A stretch of DNA of 64,000 bases, taken from positions 17,777 through 81,776 of the forward strand of contig JAAYAX010000006.1 in assembly GCA_012719175.1 (NCBI GenBank). Reading direction: 5' to 3'. Position 1 is the first letter of the stretch, and the number at the start of each line of letters is the position of its first letter. Of this stretch, positions 9,685-17,968 are shown piece by piece. The stretch comes from Methanomassiliicoccus sp. (lineage in GTDB: Archaea > Thermoplasmatota > Thermoplasmata > Methanomassiliicoccales > Methanomassiliicoccaceae). The notes under the pieces were generated by a model that saw only the letters and a list, made by a program, of their open reading frames with translations, made no database searches and was not told the origin of the DNA. The translations under genes were made by a program, and so were the position numbers.

Positions 9685-10346
9685 AGCTTGGCCTCGATGA
9701 ATTTTACGAAGTTCCTCAGGAAGACCGCCCCGGAGGCATTGCTCTTCTCTGGGTGGAATTGCACTCCGAGCACATTCATTTTTCTGAAGGCTGAGGGAAA
9801 TTCTCCGAAGTAGTCGGTGGTGGCCACGGCCGCATCCTCGGAAGGTACGCCGTGGTAGGAGTGAGCGAAATAGTAGTAGGGGGAGGGAGTACCCTCGAAA
9901 GCCCTGTCCGTGGAGACGACCTTGTTCCACCCCATGTGGGGGACCCTCTCGGCCTTCAATCGGATCACATTGCCCTTTATGATCCCCAGACCCGGCCTCC
10001 TGCCTTCCTCACTGCCCTCGAACAGGATCTGCGCCCCTATGCATATGCCCAGGCAGGGCGTCCCGGCGTTGAGGCGGTCGGCAAGCATCTCCTTGTAGGG
10101 TAGGAGCCTCTCCATGGCGCTGTCGAAAGCTCCCACTCCGGGGAACACTATGACCTCGGCGTCGAGGAGGTTCTTCATATTGGACTCTATCACTGGACGC
10201 GCGCCTGCCAGCTCCAAGGCCTTGCGTATGGAGTGCAGGTTGCCAACGCCATAGTCGGCAATGGAGACCTTAACCTTTGGCCTCTGGCCGATGCGGTAGG
10301 AATCGTTCTCCTCGGGGTACTTTATGGATCGTCTGATGGTCACCAT
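9681..10346 (-). CDS. hisH: imidazole glycerol phosphate synthase glutaminase subunit
   Basis: VSIADYGVGNLHS, GICIGAQ catalytic Cys, HSY/FHPEKS triad region. Confidence 0.92.
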   Translation of the reverse strand: MVTIRRSIKYPEENDSYRIGQRPKVKVSIADYGVGNLHSIRKALELAGARPVIESNMKNLLDAEVIVFPGVGAFDSAMERLLPYKEMLADRLNAGTPCLGICIGAQILFEGSEEGRRPGLGIIKGNVIRLKAERVPHMGWNKVVSTDRAFEGTPSPYYYFAHSYHGVPSEDAAVATTDYFGEFPSAFRKMNVLGVQFHPEKSNASGAVFLRNFVKFIEAKL

Positions 10347-11386
10347 TCCTTCATCACCTCTCCCAGCTTGGACAGCAGCATGTCGTTCAGCTCCCGGGTC
10401 CCGATGGTGGTGCGCAGGCAGTTCTCCAGCATCCTCAACCCTCCGAAGTTGCGGACGAGAACGCCCTTATCCGCCAGTCGCTTGACCAGCTCCCCGGAGG
10501 GGTGGGGGCTCTTGAACAGTATGAAATTGCTCTGCGAAGGATACGTCTTGAAGCCTAGGGACTCCAGGCCCTGTGAGAGGCGTTCCCTCTCCTTCTTGAC
10601 CAGGTCCACGGCCATATCCACATATGTGGTGTTCTTCAGCGCCGCCATCGCCGCCCTCTCGCTCACCTGATTAAGAGAGTAGGGTATCTTGATGCGCTGC
10701 ATGATGCCCGCCATCTTGAGGTTGGAGGCCATGTACCCCACGCGCATGCCCGCTAGACCGTAGGCCTTGGAAAATGTGCGTGTAACAATGAGGTTATCGA
10801 ACTCCTCGACCCGCGGTAGGAACGACCTGTCGCTGTACTCCCCATAGGCCTCGTCAACCACCACAGGGCCGTCGTGCTCCCGGACCAACCTTTCCACGTC
10901 AGCATGGTCGAAGGTGTTGGCGGTCGGATTATTGGGGGTGCATAGTATGATGATCTTGCCCTTGGCCGCCAGCATGGCATCGGGGTCCAGCTGGAACCCT
11001 GGCTTTAGGTCAACGGTAGCGAACCGTCCGCCGTTTATCTTCACGAAGAAGCCGTGGAGGACGTATGACGGATAAGGAGCGACCACGGTCTCGCCCGGCT
11101 CCATGAACGACTTGAACACGATGTCGAGCGCCTCGTCGGAACCGTTACCGACCACGAAATTGTCCTCGTTGAGGCCGTAGCGCTGGGCCAGGGCCTGGCG
11201 CAGGCCGTCGGAGTAAGGAGTGGGGTACTGGTTCAGGTCCAGGTCCATGCTCTTGGCGAGAACCTCCCTCACACATGGATTGGTCCCCAGAACATTGATG
11301 GAAGTGTCCATACGCACTGCCTTTTCCTTAGGGTTATAATACAACGGTATGTCCCTTACGGTGGATCTTACCCATTCTTCCTTCAT
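10340..11386 (-). CDS. hisC: histidinol-phosphate aminotransferase
   Basis: YP.P....L, TPNNPT, VVVDEAY, RTFSKAYGLAG.R.GY PLP-lysine motif. Confidence 0.9.
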   Translation of the reverse strand: MKEEWVRSTVRDIPLYYNPKEKAVRMDTSINVLGTNPCVREVLAKSMDLDLNQYPTPYSDGLRQALAQRYGLNEDNFVVGNGSDEALDIVFKSFMEPGETVVAPYPSYVLHGFFVKINGGRFATVDLKPGFQLDPDAMLAAKGKIIILCTPNNPTANTFDHADVERLVREHDGPVVVDEAYGEYSDRSFLPRVEEFDNLIVTRTFSKAYGLAGMRVGYMASNLKMAGIMQRIKIPYSLNQVSERAAMAALKNTTYVDMAVDLVKKERERLSQGLESLGFKTYPSQSNFILFKSPHPSGELVKRLADKGVLVRNFGGLRMLENCLRTTIGTRELNDMLLSKLGEVMKEW

Positions 11387-11395
11387 CTGGGCACC

Positions 11396-12259
11396 TCAGG
11401 GGACCATGCGGTCTATGGGAACTATGAGTATTCCGGTCGCCCCCAACCGCTTGAGCTTGTTGACCGACTGATATATCTCGGTCTTGTCCACCACCACATG
11501 TATGGCGACCACGTCGTCACGACCAGCAATGTTCATAACAGTGGGGCCGGCGATGCCGGGAAGGAACCCCCTCACCTCATCAAGGGACGTTTTGGGCACG
11601 TCGGCCATCAGGTAGCGTTTCCTCTCAGCGTCCATCACGCTCCGGATGGCGGAGGCGAGCTCCTCCATCTCCGTCCTCTTGACCTTCATGGCCTCCTTGC
11701 TGGCGATGAGGACAGCCTGTGACTCTGCGATAACCGCGATCTCCTTGAGGTGATTGGTCTTGAGGGTGCTCCCACTGGACACCAGGTCCACGATCAGGTC
11801 CGCTACCCCCAGGTGTGGAGTGACCTCCGCCGCTCCGGATATGGTGGCGACCTCCACCTTCTTCCCTTGCTTCTTAAAGTACTTCTGGGTCATCCCCGGG
11901 AAGGAAGTGGCTACGATGGATCCCTCCGGTATGTCCTCCACTTTGTCGATCCCCATCTGCTCTGGGACCGCTACTGACAGCCGGCACCGACCGAAGCCCA
12001 TGTCCATCAGCTTATGGACGTCCAGACCCGATTCCAGCACCAGGTCCCAGCCGGTGATGCCCATGTCCACAGCGCCCTTATGCACGAACTTGACTATATC
12101 CTGCGCCCGCAGGAACATGACCGAAAGGTCGCCGTTCTTGACGGAGGCGTAAAGCTTCCTCTCGCCCCCGTCCTCCAGTTCTAGGCCCGCCCGCTCGAGT
12201 ATCTCCACCGACCTCTCGTTCAGGCGCCCCTTGTTCGGCACGGCCAGTTTTATCGACAT
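11396..12259 (-). CDS. hisG: ATP phosphoribosyltransferase, long form
   Basis: KLAVPNKGRL, DLVSSGSTL, 287 aa with C-terminal regulatory domain. Confidence 0.92.
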   Translation of the reverse strand: MSIKLAVPNKGRLNERSVEILERAGLELEDGGERKLYASVKNGDLSVMFLRAQDIVKFVHKGAVDMGITGWDLVLESGLDVHKLMDMGFGRCRLSVAVPEQMGIDKVEDIPEGSIVATSFPGMTQKYFKKQGKKVEVATISGAAEVTPHLGVADLIVDLVSSGSTLKTNHLKEIAVIAESQAVLIASKEAMKVKRTEMEELASAIRSVMDAERKRYLMADVPKTSLDEVRGFLPGIAGPTVMNIAGRDDVVAIHVVVDKTEIYQSVNKLKRLGATGILIVPIDRMVP

Positions 12260-12431
12260 ACCTTCATCCCGTCTCTACAATGAATTGGTGATATCCTGTC
12301 CCCATAAAAAACATGTGTCCTTTATTCAAGGTCCAGCCTCGGACAAGGTCCGTCGCCCCACCGTAGCTTGTCAGGCCAGAATATTTTTCTATAGCCGGTT
12401 CGCATTATCGTCAGGATATTGCTTGAAGTTA

Positions 12432-13841
12432 ATGCTGGCGACTCCCCCTTGGAGGACCACGGAGATGTGGCCCCCTCTAGGTATCCTGTACATCGCAGGT
12501 GCTCTCAAGAAGGCCCGTCCCCAGGACGAGATATTGATCGTTGATGCCTTCTGCCTCAACTACACCGTGGACCAGATGGTGGAACGGATCGCAAAGGAAC
12601 GGCCGGACGTGCTGGGCATGAACTGCTCCACCCACACGTTCCTGGTGACCATGGAGACCTTGCGGAAAGCTCACGACCTTTTCCCGGAGATGAAGATCAT
12701 CCTCGGCGGCTACCATGCCACCTTCGCCGCCCGCAACATACTGAGGGAGTATCCGTTCATTGACCACATCATAAAGGGAGAGGCGGAGCGGGCGCTGCCC
12801 GTGCTCCTTGACCGCATGGAGAACGGGCGGGGTGTGGAAGACGTGGAAGGGCTCACCAGCCGCAGGGAGAACGGGGGTTGGATAGACAGGCCTCTGGCCC
12901 TCATCGAGGACCTCGATTCCCTGGAGTACCCAGACCGCTCCCTCCTGGGAGACCTGCGGTACGGCTACTACTTCCAAGGGATACCCCTTACCTTCCGCAA
13001 GTTCACGACCATATCCACGTCCCGTGGCTGCCCCTTCTCGTGTACCTACTGCTCATGTGCCGCGTTCTCCGAGAGAAAGTGGAGGTTCCGCAGCGCCGAG
13101 AACGTGGTGGGAGAGATGGAAATGCTGTACCACCAAGGTTACAGGGAATGCGTATTGGTGGACGATAACTTCACGCAGAACACCGCTCGAGTGGAAGAGA
13201 TCTGCCGGCTCCTGACCGAGAGGAGGATAAAGATGAGGCTGTACTGCGAGGGCAGGGCAGGGCACGCGTCCCTCCCACTTCTTAAGAAGATGAAGGCCGC
13301 AGGATTCAACGTCATATATTTCGGGGCGGAGTCCTCATCCCCCAAGGTGCTTCAATTCTACAACAAGAAGCAGACCCCCGAGCGCACCGAGGAGGCGGTG
13401 GCCAATGCCAAGAAAGCGGGGATGCTGGTGATAACTTCCTACATTATAGGCGCACCCATAGAGTCCAAGGAGGAGATGCGTTCCACCATCGACTTCGCCC
13501 GATCCCTGAGGCCGCATGGGGTACAGTACAACATCCTGGACCTCCTGGTGGGAACGCCGCTGTGGGATGACCTCAGGACCAAGGGGGTGGTGAAGGAAGA
13601 GGACTGGAAGACCAACCACAGGGTCTTTGAGTACTTCCCCGAGAATGCTTCCCAGGCGGAGCTGGAGTCCCTGGTCAAGGACGGATACGGAGCCTTTATG
13701 GACGCCTGGAAGAGCCTAGGAGGGGTCAAGGAGCTGTTGCACGTTCTGATGGTGAACCCCACTGCCCGCAGCATAATATTCGGGAACCTCACCAACCCGG
13801 ATGCTCGGAGAGCAGTCACCAGCGGTCTCAAGGACCTTTGA
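12432..13841 (+). CDS. B12-binding domain radical SAM protein (COG1032-like)
   Basis: N-terminal PPLGILYIAGAL cobalamin-binding-like domain, SRGCPFSCTYCSC CxxxCxxC cluster; start moved to ATG 12432 clear of hisG. Confidence 0.8.
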   Translation: MLATPPWRTTEMWPPLGILYIAGALKKARPQDEILIVDAFCLNYTVDQMVERIAKERPDVLGMNCSTHTFLVTMETLRKAHDLFPEMKIILGGYHATFAARNILREYPFIDHIIKGEAERALPVLLDRMENGRGVEDVEGLTSRRENGGWIDRPLALIEDLDSLEYPDRSLLGDLRYGYYFQGIPLTFRKFTTISTSRGCPFSCTYCSCAAFSERKWRFRSAENVVGEMEMLYHQGYRECVLVDDNFTQNTARVEEICRLLTERRIKMRLYCEGRAGHASLPLLKKMKAAGFNVIYFGAESSSPKVLQFYNKKQTPERTEEAVANAKKAGMLVITSYIIGAPIESKEEMRSTIDFARSLRPHGVQYNILDLLVGTPLWDDLRTKGVVKEEDWKTNHRVFEYFPENASQAELESLVKDGYGAFMDAWKSLGGVKELLHVLMVNPTARSIIFGNLTNPDARRAVTSGLKDL

Positions 13842-13953
13842 ACGCACATGTCCCGGTTCGAACACCATTCAGTTCTCCCCACGATCCCCACTGACAAGGG
13901 TGAGCTATATCGCCACAAAGGGCCATATCCCTGCCGTGTAAGAGGGGAAGAAT

Positions 13954-14100
13954 ATGGCCAAACAGGAGTCCGGCGATGAATTGTTGACATGGCATACTAG
14001 GTGCTTCACGTGCCCCAACAAGATTCGGTGCCGTGATGAGAAGGTTGTCCGTGGGTCCAAGAAATGCCTCAACCTCCTTAGGCACGCTCGCAAGAAGTGA
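13954..14100 (+). CDS. unlisted small ORF, 48 aa, four Cys (possible mini zinc-binding protein)
   Basis: Own translation: MAKQESGDELLTWHTRCFTCPNKIRCRDEKVVRGSKKCLNLLRHARKK; GAGGGG Shine-Dalgarno-like motif 5-10 nt upstream of ATG; below track length cutoff. Confidence 0.4.
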   Translation: MAKQESGDELLTWHTRCFTCPNKIRCRDEKVVRGSKKCLNLLRHARKK

Positions 14101-14130
14101 GTTGGGTCTTGACATCGATAACCTGGTCCA

Positions 14131-16734
14131 TCAGATGGCGGCAGGGGCCCGGACCTGCTCACCCGGCCCCAGGACCGCTCTCTCGCGGAACAGGCCTGAA
14201 GGAATGGATATCTCGAACCTGGACCCGCTACCATCATGGCCGGTCTCCTGGATGGAAATCCCTGATAGGCGGAGCACCTCCGCGACCAAGTGGAGGCTGT
14301 GGCCTCGTCGCCCGCGGAACTCCCAGTTGAAAAGCTTCTTCCGGTCCCCCGAGGAGATGCCCCTCCCGTTGTCTTGGATCGTAACCACGAGGCCTGAGGC
14401 GGTGAGCCTGGAGCTGATGGTGACAGTGCTGAGGGTGCCACCGTGCAATAGTGAGTTCTCTACCAGTTTGTAGAACACCTTCTCCAGCATGGGATCGGCG
14501 AGCACCTCATAGTTCTGCAGGTCGATGTTCACCTTCACCGTTCCCAGGTCCAACTTGGACATCGCAGAATGGCAGCTCTCGTCCAGTTTGATCCACTTAG
14601 GTCTTGTCTGGCCCAGATTCAGATAGTCCTCGTTGAACATGATCTTCTGGTCTATGCTCCTGGTGGTCGTCCGGGCTTTGGCCATCAGTTCCCTTATCAC
14701 AGGATCGTGGGACCGGTTCAATGCCATCTGCAGGTAACCGTTCAACGTCTTGATCTTGCGGCTGATGTCGCTGCGGGTGATATCTCCCATGAGGGCGATC
14801 TTTATCTCTGCCAGGCGGACCGCCTGTTCTGCCATTATGCGGTCGGTGACATCGGTGATGGAACCGTAGATGCCTTCCACCTCGCCGTGGGGTCCTTTAT
14901 CCGGACGCACCCTGCTTTTAAGGCTGACTATAGAGCCGTCCCTTCTTATCACACGGAACTCGATGTCGACCTCCTCCTTGCCCAGTTTTATGAGCTTCAT
15001 GCTCTCCTGGTAACGGACCAGATCATCAGGGTGCACCAATTCGAACATGTCCCTATATGGCATGTCCTCCTCTGGTTTCAGTCCCAGAATGCGGTAGATC
15101 TCATCCGAGAAATGATGCACCTTCCGCACCCAGTTTATCCTGAAGCTCGCGATCCGAGAGGCTTTCTCCAGCTCATCCAGCAACCGCTGGTTCTCCTGCA
15201 GGCGGCTTTCCGTCGCCCTAAGGTAGGTGACATCCATTATCGTACCGAAGATGCCCTTGACGTTGCCCTCATCGTCCAGCTCCAGGCGGCCGCGGTTGCG
15301 CAGATGGCGGAGTCCGGAGTTGGGGACGACCAGCATGTACACGAAATCGAACTCGGTGTTGCGGTCGGGTATGGTCCACCATGCTTCCGAGAACGTCTCG
15401 CGGCCCCAGGGGAGCCCGAGCTTCATGTAGTTGTCGTCCTCCTGCCCCACCTTGAACGGGTCTAGCCCACAAAGGCGGTAGGCCTCCTCGGTCCAACTGG
15501 CGGTCCCGTTCACAAGGTCGAGGTAATAGCCTCCGATCTGGGCGGCCCTCTGCGTTTGGTTCAGCAACCTCTCTGAATTACGCAGCTGCCGCTCCACTTC
15601 CTTACGCTCCGATATGTTTCTCACTATCAGTAAGTTCGCGGGCTGGCCCGCTAGGTTAATGGGGGTGCACGAGACCTCCACAGGAATGGTTCTCCCATCC
15701 TTAGCGAGGTGGCATGTCTCCACGATGGAGACGTTCTCCTTCATGGATTGGGTCTGGACCTGCAACGAACGATCGCTCTTGCTGCCTGTTTCGACAGCTT
15801 TGATGTCCATGCCGATCAGTTCCTTATGGGAGAAACCAAGCAACCGGCTGGCGACCTTGTTGGCCTCCAGTATCTTACCTCCCTGATCGACGATAAGGAA
15901 CTCATCATTGGCGTTGTCTATGATGTTCTGGTACTTCCTTTCGGAGTCCAGGCGGGCCGCCTCGGCCTCAATCCTATCGGTGACATCCCTGGAGCTCAAT
16001 ACGAAGCCGGTGGGCAGTCCGTCCTTCCCGCGAATGGCCTTTCCTATGGTCTCCAGCCAGAGATACTTATTGCTCGCTATCATAAAGCGGCATACGATCT
16101 TGGCTCTATTCTCGCATTCTCCAGAAGCAATTCTCATGAACTGCTGCCTCACCATCTCCCGATCCTCTGTGTGGACCCATACCAGGGCGTTCTTTCCAAT
16201 CAAAGAGGCAGCATCATGCCCCAAGATCGCTTTTACAGATGGACAAACGTATTTCACATTGCCCTTGGTATCGATCTCGAAGACAATGTCCGTCATGTTG
16301 TCGGTCAGCAGGCGGAGCTTCTCCTCTCTCTCCCGCAGCATGATCTCTGTTGCCCTTTTCTGCGCGAGCTTGAAGATGGCGTTCTTCAGCTCCTGGAACT
16401 GCACCGAGGGATTACCTCCCTTCTGGATGTAGAAATCGGCACCGTTGTTGATCGCCTCCATGGCGACCTCCTCACGGCCCTTGCCGGTGAAAAGGATAAA
16501 GGGAACGTCATTGCCCTTGTTCTTCAAGGCCTTAAGGAGGTCGATGCCGCTCATCTCGGGCATCTGATAGTCCGAAACGATCACATCGTAACCTCCTTTA
16601 AGGATGAGAGGTAGGGCCTTTCTGCCGCTATCCAAGGCCAAGATCTCGATGTCGCCGTCCATCTCCAAGAAGACTTTTGTCACCTCTAGAAGGGCGGGTT
16701 CATCATCTACGTATATGGCTCGAATAATATGCAC
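14131..16734 (-). CDS. receiver-PAS(x4-5)-HATPase hybrid sensor protein with atypical H-box
   Basis: N-terminal REC (VIVSDYQMPEMSG), repeated PAS blocks, C-terminal N-box VENSLLHGG and G1 DNGRGI; GTG start. Confidence 0.85.
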   Translation of the reverse strand: MHIIRAIYVDDEPALLEVTKVFLEMDGDIEILALDSGRKALPLILKGGYDVIVSDYQMPEMSGIDLLKALKNKGNDVPFILFTGKGREEVAMEAINNGADFYIQKGGNPSVQFQELKNAIFKLAQKRATEIMLREREEKLRLLTDNMTDIVFEIDTKGNVKYVCPSVKAILGHDAASLIGKNALVWVHTEDREMVRQQFMRIASGECENRAKIVCRFMIASNKYLWLETIGKAIRGKDGLPTGFVLSSRDVTDRIEAEAARLDSERKYQNIIDNANDEFLIVDQGGKILEANKVASRLLGFSHKELIGMDIKAVETGSKSDRSLQVQTQSMKENVSIVETCHLAKDGRTIPVEVSCTPINLAGQPANLLIVRNISERKEVERQLRNSERLLNQTQRAAQIGGYYLDLVNGTASWTEEAYRLCGLDPFKVGQEDDNYMKLGLPWGRETFSEAWWTIPDRNTEFDFVYMLVVPNSGLRHLRNRGRLELDDEGNVKGIFGTIMDVTYLRATESRLQENQRLLDELEKASRIASFRINWVRKVHHFSDEIYRILGLKPEEDMPYRDMFELVHPDDLVRYQESMKLIKLGKEEVDIEFRVIRRDGSIVSLKSRVRPDKGPHGEVEGIYGSITDVTDRIMAEQAVRLAEIKIALMGDITRSDISRKIKTLNGYLQMALNRSHDPVIRELMAKARTTTRSIDQKIMFNEDYLNLGQTRPKWIKLDESCHSAMSKLDLGTVKVNIDLQNYEVLADPMLEKVFYKLVENSLLHGGTLSTVTISSRLTASGLVVTIQDNGRGISSGDRKKLFNWEFRGRRGHSLHLVAEVLRLSGISIQETGHDGSGSRFEISIPSGLFRERAVLGPGEQVRAPAAI

Positions 16735-16782
16735 GGTGGAACGGACAAAGAAACATTACTATTATTATTAAAATAATATATT

Positions 16783-16798
16783 TCAGAATCAATTCTGA
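16783..16798. promoter_or_regulatory. palindrome TCAGAATcaATTCTGA in AT-rich region upstream of the REC-PAS kinase gene
   Basis: Perfect 7-bp arms read directly; adjacent AT-rich TATA-like tract 16761-16781. Confidence 0.35.
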
Positions 16799-16829
16799 TA
16801 TTGTGCCTGCGCATTCATTATGATGGAAC

Positions 16830-17567
16830 TTAAATCTTGTCGACTGGAAGGTGCTCTACTTTTGTCACCTTCTCCAAAGAAATGCCGGTCCTGGTCAGGG
16901 GGGGCAGCTTCCCCTTCATGGCCATCTTTCCCCCCACCACGGCGGCGGCCCCTTCCACGCCCGGAATGGAGCAGACAATGTCCAGGGCGTGCCTTATGAC
17001 CTCATCATCCTCGGAGGTCAGCAGGTTACCCAGCAGGGTGGCGCAGGTGTCTGCCAAGATGACGTTGGAGGAGACCACGGTGGCGGCATCGGAGACACCG
17101 AAGGAGATGGAGGGGCCGACAGTGGCAGACGAGGTGCATATCCCGAAGACCCCGTTGCGGGGAGGGCAGGCGAAGCCCAGACCTTTGACCGACGGACCAG
17201 CGTACCATCCCACTCCCGTTTCCCGGTCGATGAGCAGGGCGATGTCCCCGCCATTGTCCACGATCGCATATGACGCTCCTGCCGTCCGCATGTCCAGGAC
17301 CGCCCTCTCTGCTATGGCCCCGGCCACACCGGCCATTGGACCCACTCCCGCCGCCAAGGCCGCATCGCACATCCTGTGCACTATTTCTGGGGCATGAGGA
17401 GGGCAAGGGTAGGGCTCCAGGGTGACCTGGAAGAAGGGGTCCTCCTCGATGTACCTCTCCACGGCCTCCCGGGATCGGAATATCGACCTCTCGGCGATCG
17501 GGAGGAACTCATCCTCTGCTATGATGGTCACCGCGGTCTCGCGGACCTCGAAGTGCTTCCTGGTCAT
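16830..17567 (-). CDS. UPF0280 / COG2122 ApbE-like protein (Methanosarcina MA1715-like)
   Basis: GVGPMAGVAGAIAE..VDNGGDIAL motifs; ATG 17567 forms ATGA with upstream stop. Confidence 0.75.
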   Translation of the reverse strand: MTRKHFEVRETAVTIIAEDEFLPIAERSIFRSREAVERYIEEDPFFQVTLEPYPCPPHAPEIVHRMCDAALAAGVGPMAGVAGAIAERAVLDMRTAGASYAIVDNGGDIALLIDRETGVGWYAGPSVKGLGFACPPRNGVFGICTSSATVGPSISFGVSDAATVVSSNVILADTCATLLGNLLTSEDDEVIRHALDIVCSIPGVEGAAAVVGGKMAMKGKLPPLTRTGISLEKVTKVEHLPVDKI

Positions 17568-17968
17568 GCCTGGAGCTTCATCGCCAAGGGTGGGCAGGAG
17601 CTGACGCACAGGCCGCACGCGATGCACTTTTCCAGATGGAACTTTACGGTCCAGTCCTTACGGTCCATCTCTATGGCGTCCGCCGGACATATGGAAACGC
17701 ACATCCCGCAGTTGGTGCATCGGGACTCGTCCTTGGTGACGAACTCGTTAAGCTCCTTGACCGTTACGCCCATGGACTGCAGATAGGCCACGCCCTTGGT
17801 GATCTGAGCAGGCTTACCGTCGACCTCTATCAGCAGCTGTCCTCCCTGTTCCACCACCTCTGCCCTGAGGATATTGAACCGCAGGTCGAAGTCCTTGACC
17901 AGGACATAGGTGATGGGCTCATTGACCAGTTCGGGGCGGAAATACAGGTTGAACTTACGTTTGGCCAT
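17564..17968 (-). CDS. NIL domain - 2x[4Fe-4S] ferredoxin protein (MA1822-like)
   Basis: N-terminal NIL-like domain then CTNCGMCVSICP and CIACGLCVSSCP. Confidence 0.85.
   Translation of the reverse strand: MAKRKFNLYFRPELVNEPITYVLVKDFDLRFNILRAEVVEQGGQLLIEVDGKPAQITKGVAYLQSMGVTVKELNEFVTKDESRCTNCGMCVSICPADAIEMDRKDWTVKFHLEKCIACGLCVSSCPPLAMKLQA

Noticed and set aside
8980-9930. Maximal-ORF N-terminal extensions in the track: hisA to 9930, aroDE to 26037, radical SAM from 12231, LeuD-like from 37373, ICMT-like from 44269, UPF0280 to 17627
   Set aside because: The extensions run through the upstream gene or an opposite-strand gene and are Arg/Gly-rich. Internal ATGs give canonical family N-termini, often with ATGA/TGATG coupling. 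Several track starts are GTG/TTG rendered as M.
13828-14115. 95-aa minus-strand ORF in the radical SAM / sensor intergenic region
   Set aside because: No ribosome-binding motif and no motif content. It overlaps the plus-strand 48-aa Cys4 ORF, which has a better start context.
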